Source: Candidatus Methanoperedens sp.
Lineage (GTDB): Archaea; Halobacteriota; Methanosarcinia; Methanosarcinales; Methanoperedenaceae
DNA length: 32,000 nt
Direction of reading: 5' to 3'
NCBI GenBank assembly: GCA_027460535.1
Contig: JAPZAR010000035.1
Coordinates: 1-32,000 of the forward strand
The notes under the pieces were generated by a model. The model saw nothing but the letters and a program-made list of their open reading frames with translations. It did no database searches and was not told the DNA's origin. A program made the translations under genes and the position numbers. Positions 1-9,906 of this stretch are shown here, piece after piece. Position 1 is the stretch's first letter. The number at the start of each line of letters is the position of its first letter.

Positions 1-500
1 GCGTATTCTATCGGAAAATGGACTCAGGAAACCTGCAAAGAAATGATCGAAAAACTCTTCTCAAGAGTGGAACTCCCATTCCCAAATAATAAAATCCAGA
101 TTTTTTCAGATGGAAACGATGATTATGTATTCACTCTTCCTGAATACTATGCTGACACTTGTATTGATTATGGACAAATTGTGAAAATTAGAGAAAACGG
201 AAGAGTAGTTGACAAAAGAAAAAGAACAATCTTCGGAAATCCTGATACGGAAGATATTGAAACCACCAATATTGAGAATTTCAATGGAATCATGAGTGAA
301 CGTGTATCGGAAGACTGGTTAGAAAAACAAAGTGCTATTCTAAAAAGAAATCACGGCTCAGAAATGCAACGGAACTCATTCAATTCCATTGGAACTTTAT
401 GGATACGATACACGATGATTCAACACCTGCCATGATTGAATTTCTCTCAGACCGTATTTGGAATTGGAATGATTTTCTTTCGTTCCATTATGCGGTATAA
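1..500 (+). mobile_element. IS1-family-like DDE transposase, 3' part only. It is cut by the window edge and frameshifted near nt 307-311, so it is probably a pseudogene.
   Basis: Frame 1 is open from nt 1 (AYSIGKWTQETCKEMIEKLF...) and reads ...IQIFSDGNDDY...IETTNIENFNGIMSERVS. From nt 309, frame 3 continues GRLVRKTKCYSKKKSRLRNATELIQFHWNF... to the TAA at 498-500. The pattern TNxIExxN...RLxRKTxxxSK is the C-terminal signature I associate with IS1-type transposases. Joining the two pieces needs a 1-nt frame change. Confidence 0.6.
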
Positions 501-1104
501 ATTAGACAATAGGTAAATTTATTTATAATTTAATTATTTTACTATGCATCATCTTTTTTTCCTCCTATTATGGTAATTTAATATCTATAAAACAGACATG
601 ATCTTTATTTCCTTTCACGTACTCCCTCATTGAAAGTAGTGTTTGCTTTGGAACTATATAAGATTTTCTTTGAAAATCAATTAACATTGAATTTTTGTAT
701 CTTGAAATTTAATTCAACTAACATTCCTGCCCCCAAAAAAAGTTTTTGAAATAATTGAAGATATAGAATTGAGATTCGACATAATATTTTAGACGTTGTG
801 TTGGTTGGTTGTTGTGGAAGCATCAGAACGGGTGCTTGTCGCAGTTATCCAAAACCCAGTGCAAGGCCCGTATATAGTGTTCATGTCTATGCTTGAATAG
901 AGTTAAAGATTTTTACATCATTAAGTCGCATTTCTGCGTGTCACTAATTTTAGTAGTTTGTTGTCTACTTGTTTTGTCCAGGATTTTTCACCCCCAATAA
1001 CGCGCGCGAATAATTTGTACTATCGGAGTTGAGTTTATTATTTTTCTTATTTCTTCAAATTAGATCACGTGGTTATTTTCCTTTCCCCTCAATGCTTCTG
1101 CACT

Positions 1105-1836
1105 TTATTTTCTCCCCACAGTTGCAATATATATTACAAATTGTTCCACTCCATCAAGCTCAAGCAGATCGTTCATATAATCATCTGAAAAGGCTGCAAT
1201 GGCGCATACACCGCAATCAACAGAGCCTGCACTTAGATACAGGTTCTGGCAGGCATGTCCCGCGTCAAGGTGAAGATACCTGTATCCTCTTTCCCCATAC
1301 CGCCATTTCATTCTATATGCATCTGCTATCCAGATGAAAGTCACAGCACTTTTTCTGACAAAATCCTGTCCTAAACAGCCTTCTGTCACCTTGTCAGCTA
1401 TGTCAGGATCCGTATTTATTTCCACCAGTTTGTGCTCAATAGCAAGAAATCTGTAAATGCCTTCTGGAACATCGCTGACATTATTGATAAGCAGATATGT
1501 TTCAAGTGCATGTCTTGCACCTGCAGAAGGCACATTTCTGAAAGTTGCACCAGGTGTAACGTGAACCACTCCCTGTGTAACCCACAGTAAATATGAAAGT
1601 TCTTCAATTGTCAATGGTTCCTGTGAATACTTGCGTATACTTCTTCGACCTTCAATTGCCTGTCTCAGGTCAAGGCTTCTTATTTTGATATTTTCATGCT
1701 TGGGAAGATCAATAACTGGTCTTGATGCATCATATTCCCGCTCTAATGGGGGCTGGGGCAAGTTACTGGATTGGTCAGACCTGTCAAGATACTGGAACTT
1801 CGTTTTTTCCATAAATTCTTTTCCGATGGTACTCAT
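1105..1836 (-). CDS. Nitroreductase-family protein, SagB-type dehydrogenase domain
   Basis: The 246-aa ORF contains RRSIRKY, PSAGARHALETYL and YRYLHLDAGHACQNLYL, typical of the SagB/ThcOx nitroreductase subfamily. The first ATG (1836) has GGGAG 9 nt upstream. The track start at 1845 is a TTG. Confidence 0.75.
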   Translation of the reverse strand: MSTIGKEFMEKTKFQYLDRSDQSSNLPQPPLEREYDASRPVIDLPKHENIKIRSLDLRQAIEGRRSIRKYSQEPLTIEELSYLLWVTQGVVHVTPGATFRNVPSAGARHALETYLLINNVSDVPEGIYRFLAIEHKLVEINTDPDIADKVTEGCLGQDFVRKSAVTFIWIADAYRMKWRYGERGYRYLHLDAGHACQNLYLSAGSVDCGVCAIAAFSDDYMNDLLELDGVEQFVIYIATVGRK

Positions 1837-1961
1837 CAATTTCAACTCCCTTTTATTATAGTGTAATGCTATATTTGTTTTTTGTGAGCCCGAAATATTG
1901 CTATCGAAAGATTAATATGATTTAAATATATCTTACCCTGAAATATAATACAGGAATCCTT

Positions 1962-2333
1962 ATGAGAACCCATGAAATTAACCCACCTGATGACCAGGAA
2001 ATAGCGGAAATACTCATTTCCTTAGGCATGAGCAGACCTGTTGCCAGAACCCTGACATATCTTCAAAAAGTGGATGCTGCTACATCTGTTGAGCTTGAGA
2101 GAGCTACGGGATTGCGCCAGCCTGAAGTCAGTATAGCCATGAAGGCGTTGAACCCACATGATTGGATAGGCGAGCGTGAAGAAAAGAAGCCGGGCAAAGG
2201 AAGACCGAATAAGGTATACTCTCTTAAAGTCGGGTTTAAGGACATAATCTCCCATCTTGAAAAACAGCAGAAAAAAGCTATTAATGATGCAATGATATCG
2301 ATCGAGCGGCTGAAAGAGCTGGGGAAAGAATGA
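1962..2333 (+). CDS. Winged-helix transcriptional regulator (ArsR/TrmB-like)
   Basis: The 123-aa ORF has an HTH-like segment ARTLTYLQKVDAATSVELERATGLRQPEVSIAMKAL followed by a wing (KGRPNKVYSL). It is divergent from the nitroreductase gene. A TATA-like tttaaatata lies about 30 nt upstream of the ATG. Confidence 0.6.
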   Translation: MRTHEINPPDDQEIAEILISLGMSRPVARTLTYLQKVDAATSVELERATGLRQPEVSIAMKALNPHDWIGEREEKKPGKGRPNKVYSLKVGFKDIISHLEKQQKKAINDAMISIERLKELGKE

Positions 2334-2379
2334 CCTTACAACTCAAGATCAGGATAGTACTTGCCTTATTCAAATAAAT

Positions 2380-3060
2380 ATGTATATCATACTACTCCAG
2401 GCAATTGTGCTCTATCTGATTTCGGGATATCTACATCGTTCCCTGTCGTCATCAACTTTGTACGTTGTTCTTATGCTGCCGGGAACGATAATACATGAGA
2501 TCAGTCACGCAATAGTGGCTTTGCTCATGGGTGCACACATAACAAAATTCAGCGTCATGCCGTCGGGGGACACTTTAGGGCATGTAGAACATACCGCTCC
2601 AAAGATACCATTCATTGGAAATGCTGCCATATCAGTCGCTCCGTTGATCGGATGTCCGGCAATACTGCTTCTTATAAGCAGCTACTTTGGAGTGCATTTT
2701 GATCTTCCGGCAGGTTCCTTTGACATAGTTGCAGAGACACGATTTTTGCTCGACGGAACTTTTTCTTTTATCACTGGCCTGGATTATTTGAGCTGGAAAA
2801 CATATGTTTTTCTTTACCTTGCACTGACGCTGGGAGCTGGTGCAGCACCCAGCAAAACAGACATAAAAAGCATGCTTCCGGGTCTAATTATTGTTGTGGC
2901 GGTGATCTTCGCATTGAACTACTTTGGTATCAACATTGTCTATCTGAACAATGTATTCTTCTGGTTAAGTGCAGCCCTTTCAGTTGCGATGATTCCTTTG
3001 CTGGCTGTAACTGTCATTGTTGCGATGCTAAAGTTGACAGCGGTTGTAAAATCGCCATGA
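2380..3060 (+). CDS. Polytopic membrane protein with an HExxH motif (M50/S2P-like putative zinc metalloprotease)
   Basis: The 226-aa ORF has several hydrophobic segments. IIHEISHAIVALLMGAHITKFSVMPSG resembles the first motif of site-2-protease-like enzymes. I could not see a clear second NxxPxxxLDG motif. Confidence 0.45.
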   Translation: MYIILLQAIVLYLISGYLHRSLSSSTLYVVLMLPGTIIHEISHAIVALLMGAHITKFSVMPSGDTLGHVEHTAPKIPFIGNAAISVAPLIGCPAILLLISSYFGVHFDLPAGSFDIVAETRFLLDGTFSFITGLDYLSWKTYVFLYLALTLGAGAAPSKTDIKSMLPGLIIVVAVIFALNYFGINIVYLNNVFFWLSAALSVAMIPLLAVTVIVAMLKLTAVVKSP

Positions 3061-3168
3061 TCTTATTCATGAAAAAAACAAGGACAACAAAGGGCATATC
3101 TTGAGTCGCGCCACAAGCGGCCCTTCGAAATCAGTTTTATACCCTGCCAGTGTATAGGGTGTTAACAT

Positions 3169-3684
3169 ATGGAAGTTAAGATCATCAGAAGCCCGGACAG
3201 AAAAAAGACCATTCAGGCAAAGATGGCCGGAGAGACTCTTTTATTATATCTCCCTCTTGGAATGCACCGTGAAGAGGAGAGAAAGCTCATAGAGAAAATG
3301 AAACAAAAAATGGAGAAAAAGAATCTTAAGACCAGGATCAATAAAGATGATCAACTTAAGAAAAGATTTGATGAGTTCAACAGTAAATATTTCCAGGGTA
3401 GGCTCAGGGTCAACTCCATCGAATTTGTTACAAACCAGAAAAAGAACAACGGAAGCTGCTCACCCAACAGAGGCACCATTAGAATATCTCACAGGCTCCT
3501 TGACATGCCAGGATGGGTCCTTGACTATGTGATCATGCATGAGATGACTCACCTTGTGTATCCGGATCATTCAAGAGCCTTCTGGGAAAAGGTTGGAGAA
3601 TATAAATATACAGAAAGGGCAAGAGGTTTCCTGATAGCTAAAGGCATGGAGGGGGAAGAGAATGGAAGCAATGGATGTGATTGA
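3169..3684 (+). CDS. DUF45 / YgjP-like (M48-related) metal-dependent hydrolase
   Basis: NGSCSPNRGTIRISHRLLDMPGWVLDYVIMHEMTHLVYPDHSRAFWEKV matches the WGSCs...dYVvvHElcHl..nHs..Fw pattern of DUF45. Confidence 0.75.
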   Translation: MEVKIIRSPDRKKTIQAKMAGETLLLYLPLGMHREEERKLIEKMKQKMEKKNLKTRINKDDQLKKRFDEFNSKYFQGRLRVNSIEFVTNQKKNNGSCSPNRGTIRISHRLLDMPGWVLDYVIMHEMTHLVYPDHSRAFWEKVGEYKYTERARGFLIAKGMEGEENGSNGCD

Positions 3685-3961
3685 AGGAATCATGGTGCGT
3701 GCGTGAGGATGGGTTCTCATGAACACAGATTGCCTGTATCTGCGCTTATCGGCGTCATGCCTATTGAGAAAGTCACATTTTCATGCATAGTTTTTGATCA
3801 AAACTTGTGAAATGTAATTTAGATATGCTGATTTTTAACAGGTGCGCCGGACTTTAATTAGCGTGATTAAATAAAATCAGAACGGCCCGTATAAAAGCAC
3901 CTCCAAGGTCAAAATAAGATGATTATATTTAGTTGAAAAACAAAGAAAAGATGCGTGTAAT

Positions 3962-4180
3962 ATGTCTGAAGCTGCCGCAGCAGAAACCCCAAAAATAATG
4001 GAGAAGGTATTCAACATACTGAAAAGGGAGCTCAGCGCAGAAGAGTATCTAATATATCTTCAGGCGATAACTCCGAGAATAGGAGACGCAACAGCTGAAC
4101 TCAGGGACATTACTAAAAAAATGAGTCTTGAAGATGTGCTTCGCAAGGCAAAGCGAATTGAAAAAACAATGAAAGTGTAG
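3962..4180 (+). CDS. Small hypothetical protein (72 aa)
   Basis: An ATG-initiated ORF with charged, helical-looking composition. I recognise no family. Confidence 0.35.
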   Translation: MSEAAAAETPKIMEKVFNILKRELSAEEYLIYLQAITPRIGDATAELRDITKKMSLEDVLRKAKRIEKTMKV

Positions 4181-4287
4181 AAATGGGTTAGTAGCAGAGG
4201 CAGACGCTCCACTGGTAGACAAATGGCGCGCCACCTGCGGTATCCTTCGGAACGATCCACCTCTCCCGCCAGTGCAGGTATTTTTGA

Positions 4288-5487
4288 CTAATACAACCGT
4301 CTGCGCCTGTTATGCTGCTGCTGCCCTCTTCTCACAATGGGCTTATTCATCCTTCTCTCAGGGTTCCTTATCACAGCCTTCTCAAGGACAGGCAATATCT
4401 CTTCCTTGATCTCCACATCATTTTCCTTCAATACCTGTGAAAAGTTATCATAATCCTTGCTTGAAAGAATATTTATGGCCTTTCCTTCTGCTCCTGCTCT
4501 TGCAGTCCTTCCGATCCTGTGGATGTACTGCTTGCTTTCACGTGGAATATCGTAATTGTAAACATGGGATACACCCTGGATATCAAGTCCCCTTGCAGCC
4601 ACATCAGTGCATACAAGGATACAGGATTTTCCGGAATGGAATCGATCCATCACATTGTTCCTTTTTCCCTGTGGCAATCCGCCATGAATGGCCATTGCAT
4701 CTATTTCTGCAAATCTCAAGTTTTTTGCAACTTTATCGGTATTTCGTTTCGTGTTGCAGAATACCATAACAAGGCGTGAGTTTTCATGCTTCAGCAGATG
4801 CACAAGCAATGAAAACTTTAGATCCTCGCCGACATCATAATAAGTCTGAATCAGTTTTTTGGGGTCGACATAGGAATCAACGGAAACCTGGAGCGGTTTT
4901 TTCATGTGCCTCTGGGCGAGCCTGACAACGTCTTTTGTGATGGTTGCCGAGAAAAGAAGGGTCTGCCTGTCCTGGGGGCATTTTCTGATTATTTTCTCCA
5001 CGTCATCCTTGAAGCCCATATCGAACATCCGGTCTGCTTCATCAAGAACAAGGGTTTTCACTTTGCCCAATCGAATAGAATTTCTTGCGATGTGATCAAG
5101 TATCCTGCCGGGTGTTCCCACCACAACATCTGCGGTCCGCAATCCCTGGATTTGCGGATTGATCCCCACACCTCCATAGACCGCAATGATCGCTAAAGGT
5201 TTGTACTTTGAGAATTTCGCCAGAGCCTTTGAAACCTGCTCGGCCAGTTCTCTTGTGGGAGTCAGGACCAGAGCCTGGATACCATTTCCCCTCTCGGAAC
5301 TTTTTATTATACCGGAAGCAAATGCAAGCGTCTTTCCGGAGCCTGTTGCAGACCCGGCTATAACGTCTTTCCCTGCAAGTATCAGAGGGATCGATTTTTC
5401 CTGTATTTCACTGGGATTCTCAAACTTCTCATCTTTTATTGATTTCAAAACGGGCTCACTTATGCCCAGATCTTTAAAACTTTCCAT
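4288..5487 (-). CDS. DEAD-box ATP-dependent RNA helicase
   Basis: Motifs present are a Q-motif region (F..PSEIQ), AGSATGSGKT (motif I), PTRELA, VLDEADRM (DEAD box), SAT, and HRIGRTARAG (motif VI). There is a basic R-rich C-terminal tail. The first ATG (MESFKDLGI...) is at 5487. The track start at 5553 is a TTG that adds 22 implausible residues. Confidence 0.9.
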   Translation of the reverse strand: MESFKDLGISEPVLKSIKDEKFENPSEIQEKSIPLILAGKDVIAGSATGSGKTLAFASGIIKSSERGNGIQALVLTPTRELAEQVSKALAKFSKYKPLAIIAVYGGVGINPQIQGLRTADVVVGTPGRILDHIARNSIRLGKVKTLVLDEADRMFDMGFKDDVEKIIRKCPQDRQTLLFSATITKDVVRLAQRHMKKPLQVSVDSYVDPKKLIQTYYDVGEDLKFSLLVHLLKHENSRLVMVFCNTKRNTDKVAKNLRFAEIDAMAIHGGLPQGKRNNVMDRFHSGKSCILVCTDVAARGLDIQGVSHVYNYDIPRESKQYIHRIGRTARAGAEGKAINILSSKDYDNFSQVLKENDVEIKEEILPVLEKAVIRNPERRMNKPIVRRGQQQHNRRRRLY

Positions 5488-5866
5488 ATTATTTTTTTGA
5501 AAAAGCGTGATGCTGTTTCTTATTAACCTCTTTAATTTATATATTAGGAACAATTAAGAGCTATAAGCACAACTTTATAAAAGTCTAGATTAATTTACTG
5601 CTTAAAAGTTTATTCACCTATTGCTAAACAACTATTATTTATAGTTTAGCAGGACTAATCATGAAACTCAATGTAGATAAAGACATTGTCTGTTTAACCT
5701 GGATATGTAGCCTTAAACCCAAGACCGCTGCAACGTATAGATATGGCATACATCGATTTTGTGAGTACATTTAAACAAACATAACATAGTTTCAATGGCG
5801 ACAGAGGAATACTTAGACCTTCCAACGATGAAACTCAAAGATATCCGCAAAGCCGTTAATATCTGA

Positions 5867-6502
5867 TTAAGAAACACTGGTAACGTAAATTATTTCGCAA
5901 GAACCGTCTCTCGTATCATATCTTGTTTGGCTTGTTTTCCACATCCATTTACCATCACCAACAATATATGTTTTGGTCACATCAACTAAGTAGCCCTTAA
6001 TAGTTACTACATCATTTGTTTTAATACTTTTAATTGCATTTGCGATAGAATCATTTGCTGGAATGATATGGTTATTTGACATATGGGATGTTATGTCATC
6101 CGATACCGTGCCAGTGTATCGATATGAGCATATTCTACCGCCCTGACTGTAAACAATATTGCTATCGTTTACTATTTTACCCCATACAACGCATAAATCC
6201 ACAGGCGATATTCCAAGTTTGTCATGGTTATAATTGGCTGTGCTTACTACCTTTGCGGATATTTCATAATTTGCTACTGGGATTATTGTGTATGCTTCAT
6301 AAATATCACTTATCGTAAACGTTTTTCCGCTATATGAAGTTTGGATAGGTTCTCCTCCTAAATTACCTGCATTGCCTGAATAAGTTCTTGTCTCTAAATT
6401 ATTGGCAAAAGCACCTTCCATGTAAAGAATTGCTGTTGATGATACAAGAATAAACGTAAAAATTATACCAAAGATTATTATCTTGAACCTTAGATTAGAC
6501 AT
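5867..6502 (-). CDS. Hypothetical N-terminally membrane-anchored or secreted protein, in an AT-rich region
   Basis: The ORF has an N-terminal hydrophobic helix (FKIIIFGIIFTFILVSSTAILY) followed by a soluble domain. I recognise no family. A single 60-nt line I counted in this gene is about 35% GC, against about 63% in a line of nrdJ. Confidence 0.5.
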   Translation of the reverse strand: MSNLRFKIIIFGIIFTFILVSSTAILYMEGAFANNLETRTYSGNAGNLGGEPIQTSYSGKTFTISDIYEAYTIIPVANYEISAKVVSTANYNHDKLGISPVDLCVVWGKIVNDSNIVYSQGGRICSYRYTGTVSDDITSHMSNNHIIPANDSIANAIKSIKTNDVVTIKGYLVDVTKTYIVGDGKWMWKTSQTRYDTRDGSCEIIYVTSVS

Positions 6503-6519
6503 TATAGTATCTACTACTA

Positions 6520-6687
6520 TCACTGAGGATATATATTGTCATCGTTATTACCATTGCCATTTGATAAAGCAGCATTAGACCACTTTCCACCTCTTCCATC
6601 TTTCATTCCGTTACCAGTTGAATTTCTTAGGTTGTAGGGTGAAGTGACAACAATATCAAGGCCAAAGTTTTTAATACACAATGACAT
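6520..6687 (-). CDS. Possible small N/G-rich ORF (55 aa), below the cut-off of the ORF track
   Basis: My own translation of the minus strand gives MSLCIKNFGLDIVVTSPYNLRNSTGNGMKDGRGGKWSNAALSNGNGNNDDNIYPQ*. It ends 18 nt before the ATG of the downstream gene. There is no other support. Confidence 0.2.
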   Translation of the reverse strand: MSLCIKNFGLDIVVTSPYNLRNSTGNGMKDGRGGKWSNAALSNGNGNNDDNIYPQ

Positions 6688-6704
6688 AAATTATTATATA
6701 TAAA

Positions 6705-8804
6705 TTGAAAGCAAATCATGCGTCTGCGTTTAAAACTAAATTCACAGAGGGGGCCAAAACCATAGTCAATAAAATCCGCAAAAGGGACGGAAGGATTGTA
6801 GAATTCGACAGATCAAAGATAGCAAATGCGGTTTTCAAGGCTTTCATCGCCACAAAAACCAAAGATGGGAAGAGAGCAGAGGACATAGCGAACCAGGTAG
6901 TGAAAATCCTTGAGGAAAGGATTCCGGGAATACCCGGGGTCGAGGATGTCCAGGACATAGTCGAAGAAATCTTGATCAAAAACGGCTACACCGGCGTCGC
7001 CAAGGCCTACATCCTGTACAGAGAGAAGCGCGCCCAGATAAGGAAAGCCAAGGAATTCCTCGGTGTCAGGGATGAGCTGAAATTGAGCATTAATGCAGTC
7101 AGGGTTCTCAAGAAGCGATACCTGTTAAAAGATGAGAACGGGAATGTAATGGAGACACCTCTGCAACTTTTCCGGCGTATCGCTAAGGCCATTGCCCTTG
7201 ACCCTGAATTGGAAGATGAATTCCTGAACATGCTGATAAATCTTGATTTTCTCCCCAATACACCCACGCTCATGAACGCTGGCACGGACCTGGGGCAGCT
7301 CTCTGCCTGCTTTGTCATTCCTGTTGAGGACTCGCTAGTGAGCATTTTTGATGCTGTTAAGAGCATGGCGCTCATCCAGCAATCAGGCGGCGGGACAGGT
7401 TTCTCGTTTTCACGGCTCCGGCCGGCCGGGGATATCGTGAAATCCACGAAAGGGGTGGCCTCAGGACCGGTTTCTTTCATGCGTGTTTTCGACACGACCA
7501 CGGATATAATAAAACAGGGAGGCAAAAGGCGCGGCGCCAATATGGGAATACTCAGGGCGGATCATCCTGATATCATCGAGTTCATAACAGCGAAAACGAG
7601 GGAAGGATTCCTTTCGAATTTCAATATATCTGTAGCCGTGGATGATAAGTTCATGAACGCTCTTGCGGAGGACGGCATGTATGAGTTAATAAACCCCAGG
7701 AACAGTGAGGTGGTAAAGAAAGTGAGAGCAAGGGAAATATGGAATCTGATAATTACAATGGCCTGGAGGACAGGCGATCCCGGTGTCGTTTTCATCGATG
7801 AGATAAATCGTCATAATCCCACGCCTCATATCGGGGAGATGGAGAGCACGAATCCTTGCGGTGAACAACCATTATTGCCCTATGAATCCTGCAATCTGGG
7901 GTCGATCAACCTTGCTAAAATGGTCAAGGATGGCGCCATCGACTGGGAAAAGCTTGAGAAGATCACGAATATCGCGGTAAAGTTCCTTGACAATGTGATA
8001 GACGTCAATAGATACCCGCTTCAGCAGACGGAAGAGATCACGCGGGCGAACAGGAAGATTGGCCTTGGCGTCATGGGTTTTGCCGATATGCTGGTGCAAC
8101 TCAGGATACCCTACGATTCTGAAGAGGCCCTGAAAACCGGGGAAGATGTAATGAGGTTCATCCATGAAAAATCCCATGCCGCTTCTGAAAGACTTGCGAA
8201 TGAGCGTGGTGCCTTTCCCAATTTCCCGGGCAGCATCTATAAGGAGGCCATTCGTAACTCTACAGTGACCACGATAGCGCCCACAGGTACTATTAGCATA
8301 ATCGCAGGCTGCTCAAGCGGCATCGAGCCTCTTTTTGCGGTTTCTTTTGTCCGGAATGTGATGGAAGGCACAAAACTCCTTGAAGTGAATCCTTATTTTG
8401 AAGCTGTGGCAAAGGAGAAGGGATTTTACAGCGAGGGGCTAATGATGAAGATAGCGAGAACAGGGACGCTTGCGGATATCAATGAAGTGCCAGGGGACGT
8501 GAAGCGCGTGTTCGTTACGGCTTTTGATATTGCGCCCGAGTGGCATGTCAGGATGCAGGCTGTTTTCCAGAAATATTCTGATAACGCCGTTTCCAAGACC
8601 ATAAATTTCCCGCATGACGTTGACATAAAGGAAGTGGAAAAAGCATACACCCTCGCTTATCAATTAAAGTGTAAGGGAATAACGGTTTACAGGTACGGCA
8701 GTAAGGAGCAGCAGGTGCTGTACCTTGGGGATTCTATTGACAAGTTCGTGTCCGCCGATGAAGAATATGCCGGTGGCTGTCCTGCACCTGTGTGCCCGGT
8801 ATAG
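6705..8804 (+). CDS. nrdJ: Class II (adenosylcobalamin-dependent) ribonucleotide reductase with an N-terminal ATP-cone
   Basis: ATP-cone-like N-terminus (RKRDGRIVEFDRSKIANAV). Active-site region TNPCGEQPLLPYESCNLGSINL. The C-terminal Cys pair (GGCPAPVCPV) and the 699-aa size fit NrdJ. The start is uncertain: TTG at 6705 is the only canonical in-frame start before the ATP-cone. Confidence 0.85.
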   Translation: MKANHASAFKTKFTEGAKTIVNKIRKRDGRIVEFDRSKIANAVFKAFIATKTKDGKRAEDIANQVVKILEERIPGIPGVEDVQDIVEEILIKNGYTGVAKAYILYREKRAQIRKAKEFLGVRDELKLSINAVRVLKKRYLLKDENGNVMETPLQLFRRIAKAIALDPELEDEFLNMLINLDFLPNTPTLMNAGTDLGQLSACFVIPVEDSLVSIFDAVKSMALIQQSGGGTGFSFSRLRPAGDIVKSTKGVASGPVSFMRVFDTTTDIIKQGGKRRGANMGILRADHPDIIEFITAKTREGFLSNFNISVAVDDKFMNALAEDGMYELINPRNSEVVKKVRAREIWNLIITMAWRTGDPGVVFIDEINRHNPTPHIGEMESTNPCGEQPLLPYESCNLGSINLAKMVKDGAIDWEKLEKITNIAVKFLDNVIDVNRYPLQQTEEITRANRKIGLGVMGFADMLVQLRIPYDSEEALKTGEDVMRFIHEKSHAASERLANERGAFPNFPGSIYKEAIRNSTVTTIAPTGTISIIAGCSSGIEPLFAVSFVRNVMEGTKLLEVNPYFEAVAKEKGFYSEGLMMKIARTGTLADINEVPGDVKRVFVTAFDIAPEWHVRMQAVFQKYSDNAVSKTINFPHDVDIKEVEKAYTLAYQLKCKGITVYRYGSKEQQVLYLGDSIDKFVSADEEYAGGCPAPVCPV

Positions 8805-8810
8805 GTGGCA

Positions 8811-9839
8811 TTAATAATTCTTGATCTTTACTTCATCTACAAGGAATGGCGGATAAAAAATGCCGTTCTCCGTGATAATGGCATTCACATTTTCCATGGG
8901 TGTGGCATCAAATGCCGGATTATAAACTTCCACATCCAGCGGCGCTATCTGGTGTGTTCCAAAATACCTTAACTCATCAGGTTTTCGAAGTTCGATCTCG
9001 ATCTCATCCTCAAGGTGCTCAAAATCGAACGTGGATACTGGTGCAGCAACATAAAACGGTATCCCGTGCTCTTTTGCGACGACGGAATGGGTATACGTTC
9101 CTATCTTATTGAACACAGCATCCTGGGTGATCCTGTCCGCGCCCACAATGACCTTGTCCACCATTCCTTTTCGCATCACATGGCCCGACATGCTGTCGGT
9201 GATAAGCGTGACAGGTATCTTATCTTCCATCAACTCCCACGTCGTGATGCGGCTGCCCTGGTTCAGGGGTCGCGTCTCGCATGAGATGACTCTGATATCT
9301 TTTCCCTGCTCGCGGGCCGATCTGATGACCCCGAGGGCAGTACCCCAGTCCACGCAGGCAAGCCTGCCCGCATTGCAGTGTGTCATTACAGTATCCCCGT
9401 CCTCAAGAAGAGAAGCTCCGTGTTCACCCATTTGCTTGTTCTTTTCCACATCCTCATCGGCTATTGCTTTTGCTTCATCAAGGGCGAACATTTTTGCCTC
9501 TTTAATATTCCTGGCATCCTCGACCGCCCTGATAACGCGTTTTACTCCCCAGGAGAGATTCACGGCAGTTGGTCTCGTTCCTGTGATAGTTTTTCCGGCA
9601 GCTTCGAGGTCATTCATTAATCCTTCCAATGAAGATGCGCTGCTTTTATGCGCAGCGAGCGCGATACCGAACCCACCTGCAGCTCCGAGAGCTGGAGCAC
9701 CTCTTATGCGCAGCTTGATAATTGCCTCGCATAAAGAATCGATACTATTGCATTCGATCACCAAGTACTCCGCAGGGAGAAGTGTCTGGTCAATCATGAC
9801 AATATTGCTTTTCTTATCATCCCAGTCTATTGTCCTCAT
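8811..9839 (-). CDS. mtnA: Methylthioribose-1-phosphate isomerase / aIF-2B-related isomerase family
   Basis: MRTIDWDD...IVMIDQTLLP...IRGAPALGAAG...CNAG...TALGVIR...ETRP.NQG...VGADRI are hallmarks of the MtnA/eIF-2B alpha-beta-delta family. The exact substrate cannot be told from sequence. Confidence 0.75.
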   Translation of the reverse strand: MRTIDWDDKKSNIVMIDQTLLPAEYLVIECNSIDSLCEAIIKLRIRGAPALGAAGGFGIALAAHKSSASSLEGLMNDLEAAGKTITGTRPTAVNLSWGVKRVIRAVEDARNIKEAKMFALDEAKAIADEDVEKNKQMGEHGASLLEDGDTVMTHCNAGRLACVDWGTALGVIRSAREQGKDIRVISCETRPLNQGSRITTWELMEDKIPVTLITDSMSGHVMRKGMVDKVIVGADRITQDAVFNKIGTYTHSVVAKEHGIPFYVAAPVSTFDFEHLEDEIEIELRKPDELRYFGTHQIAPLDVEVYNPAFDATPMENVNAIITENGIFYPPFLVDEVKIKNY

Positions 9840-9906
9840 TGAAATCGGGTTTATATCGAGCCGTCAGATATTTAAGTACTGCCATTATGTTTAACCTCAG
9901 AGGAGC

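Noticed and set aside
1105-1845. The SagB-type dehydrogenase as a marker of a thiazole/oxazole RiPP (TOMM) cluster
   Set aside because: No YcaO or cyclodehydratase, no precursor-like small ORF and no transporter lies adjacent. The neighbours are a wHTH regulator and an IS remnant. Stand-alone SagB-type nitroreductases are common.
7007-7540. 177-aa antisense ORF in nrdJ, with similar long antisense ORFs in purH (14303-15004), the permease (15504-16037), pdxS (27378-27893) and the AIPR-like gene (22643-23029)
   Set aside because: Each lies wholly inside a confidently assigned gene on the other strand and has no recognisable motif.
9109-9894. 261-aa plus-strand ORF, with the smaller ORFs at 8900-9284 and 9378-9620
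   Set aside because: It is fully antisense to the well-supported mtnA-like gene. The translation is Ser/Pro/Ala-rich and low-complexity with no motifs, which is typical of a shadow ORF in GC-rich coding DNA.
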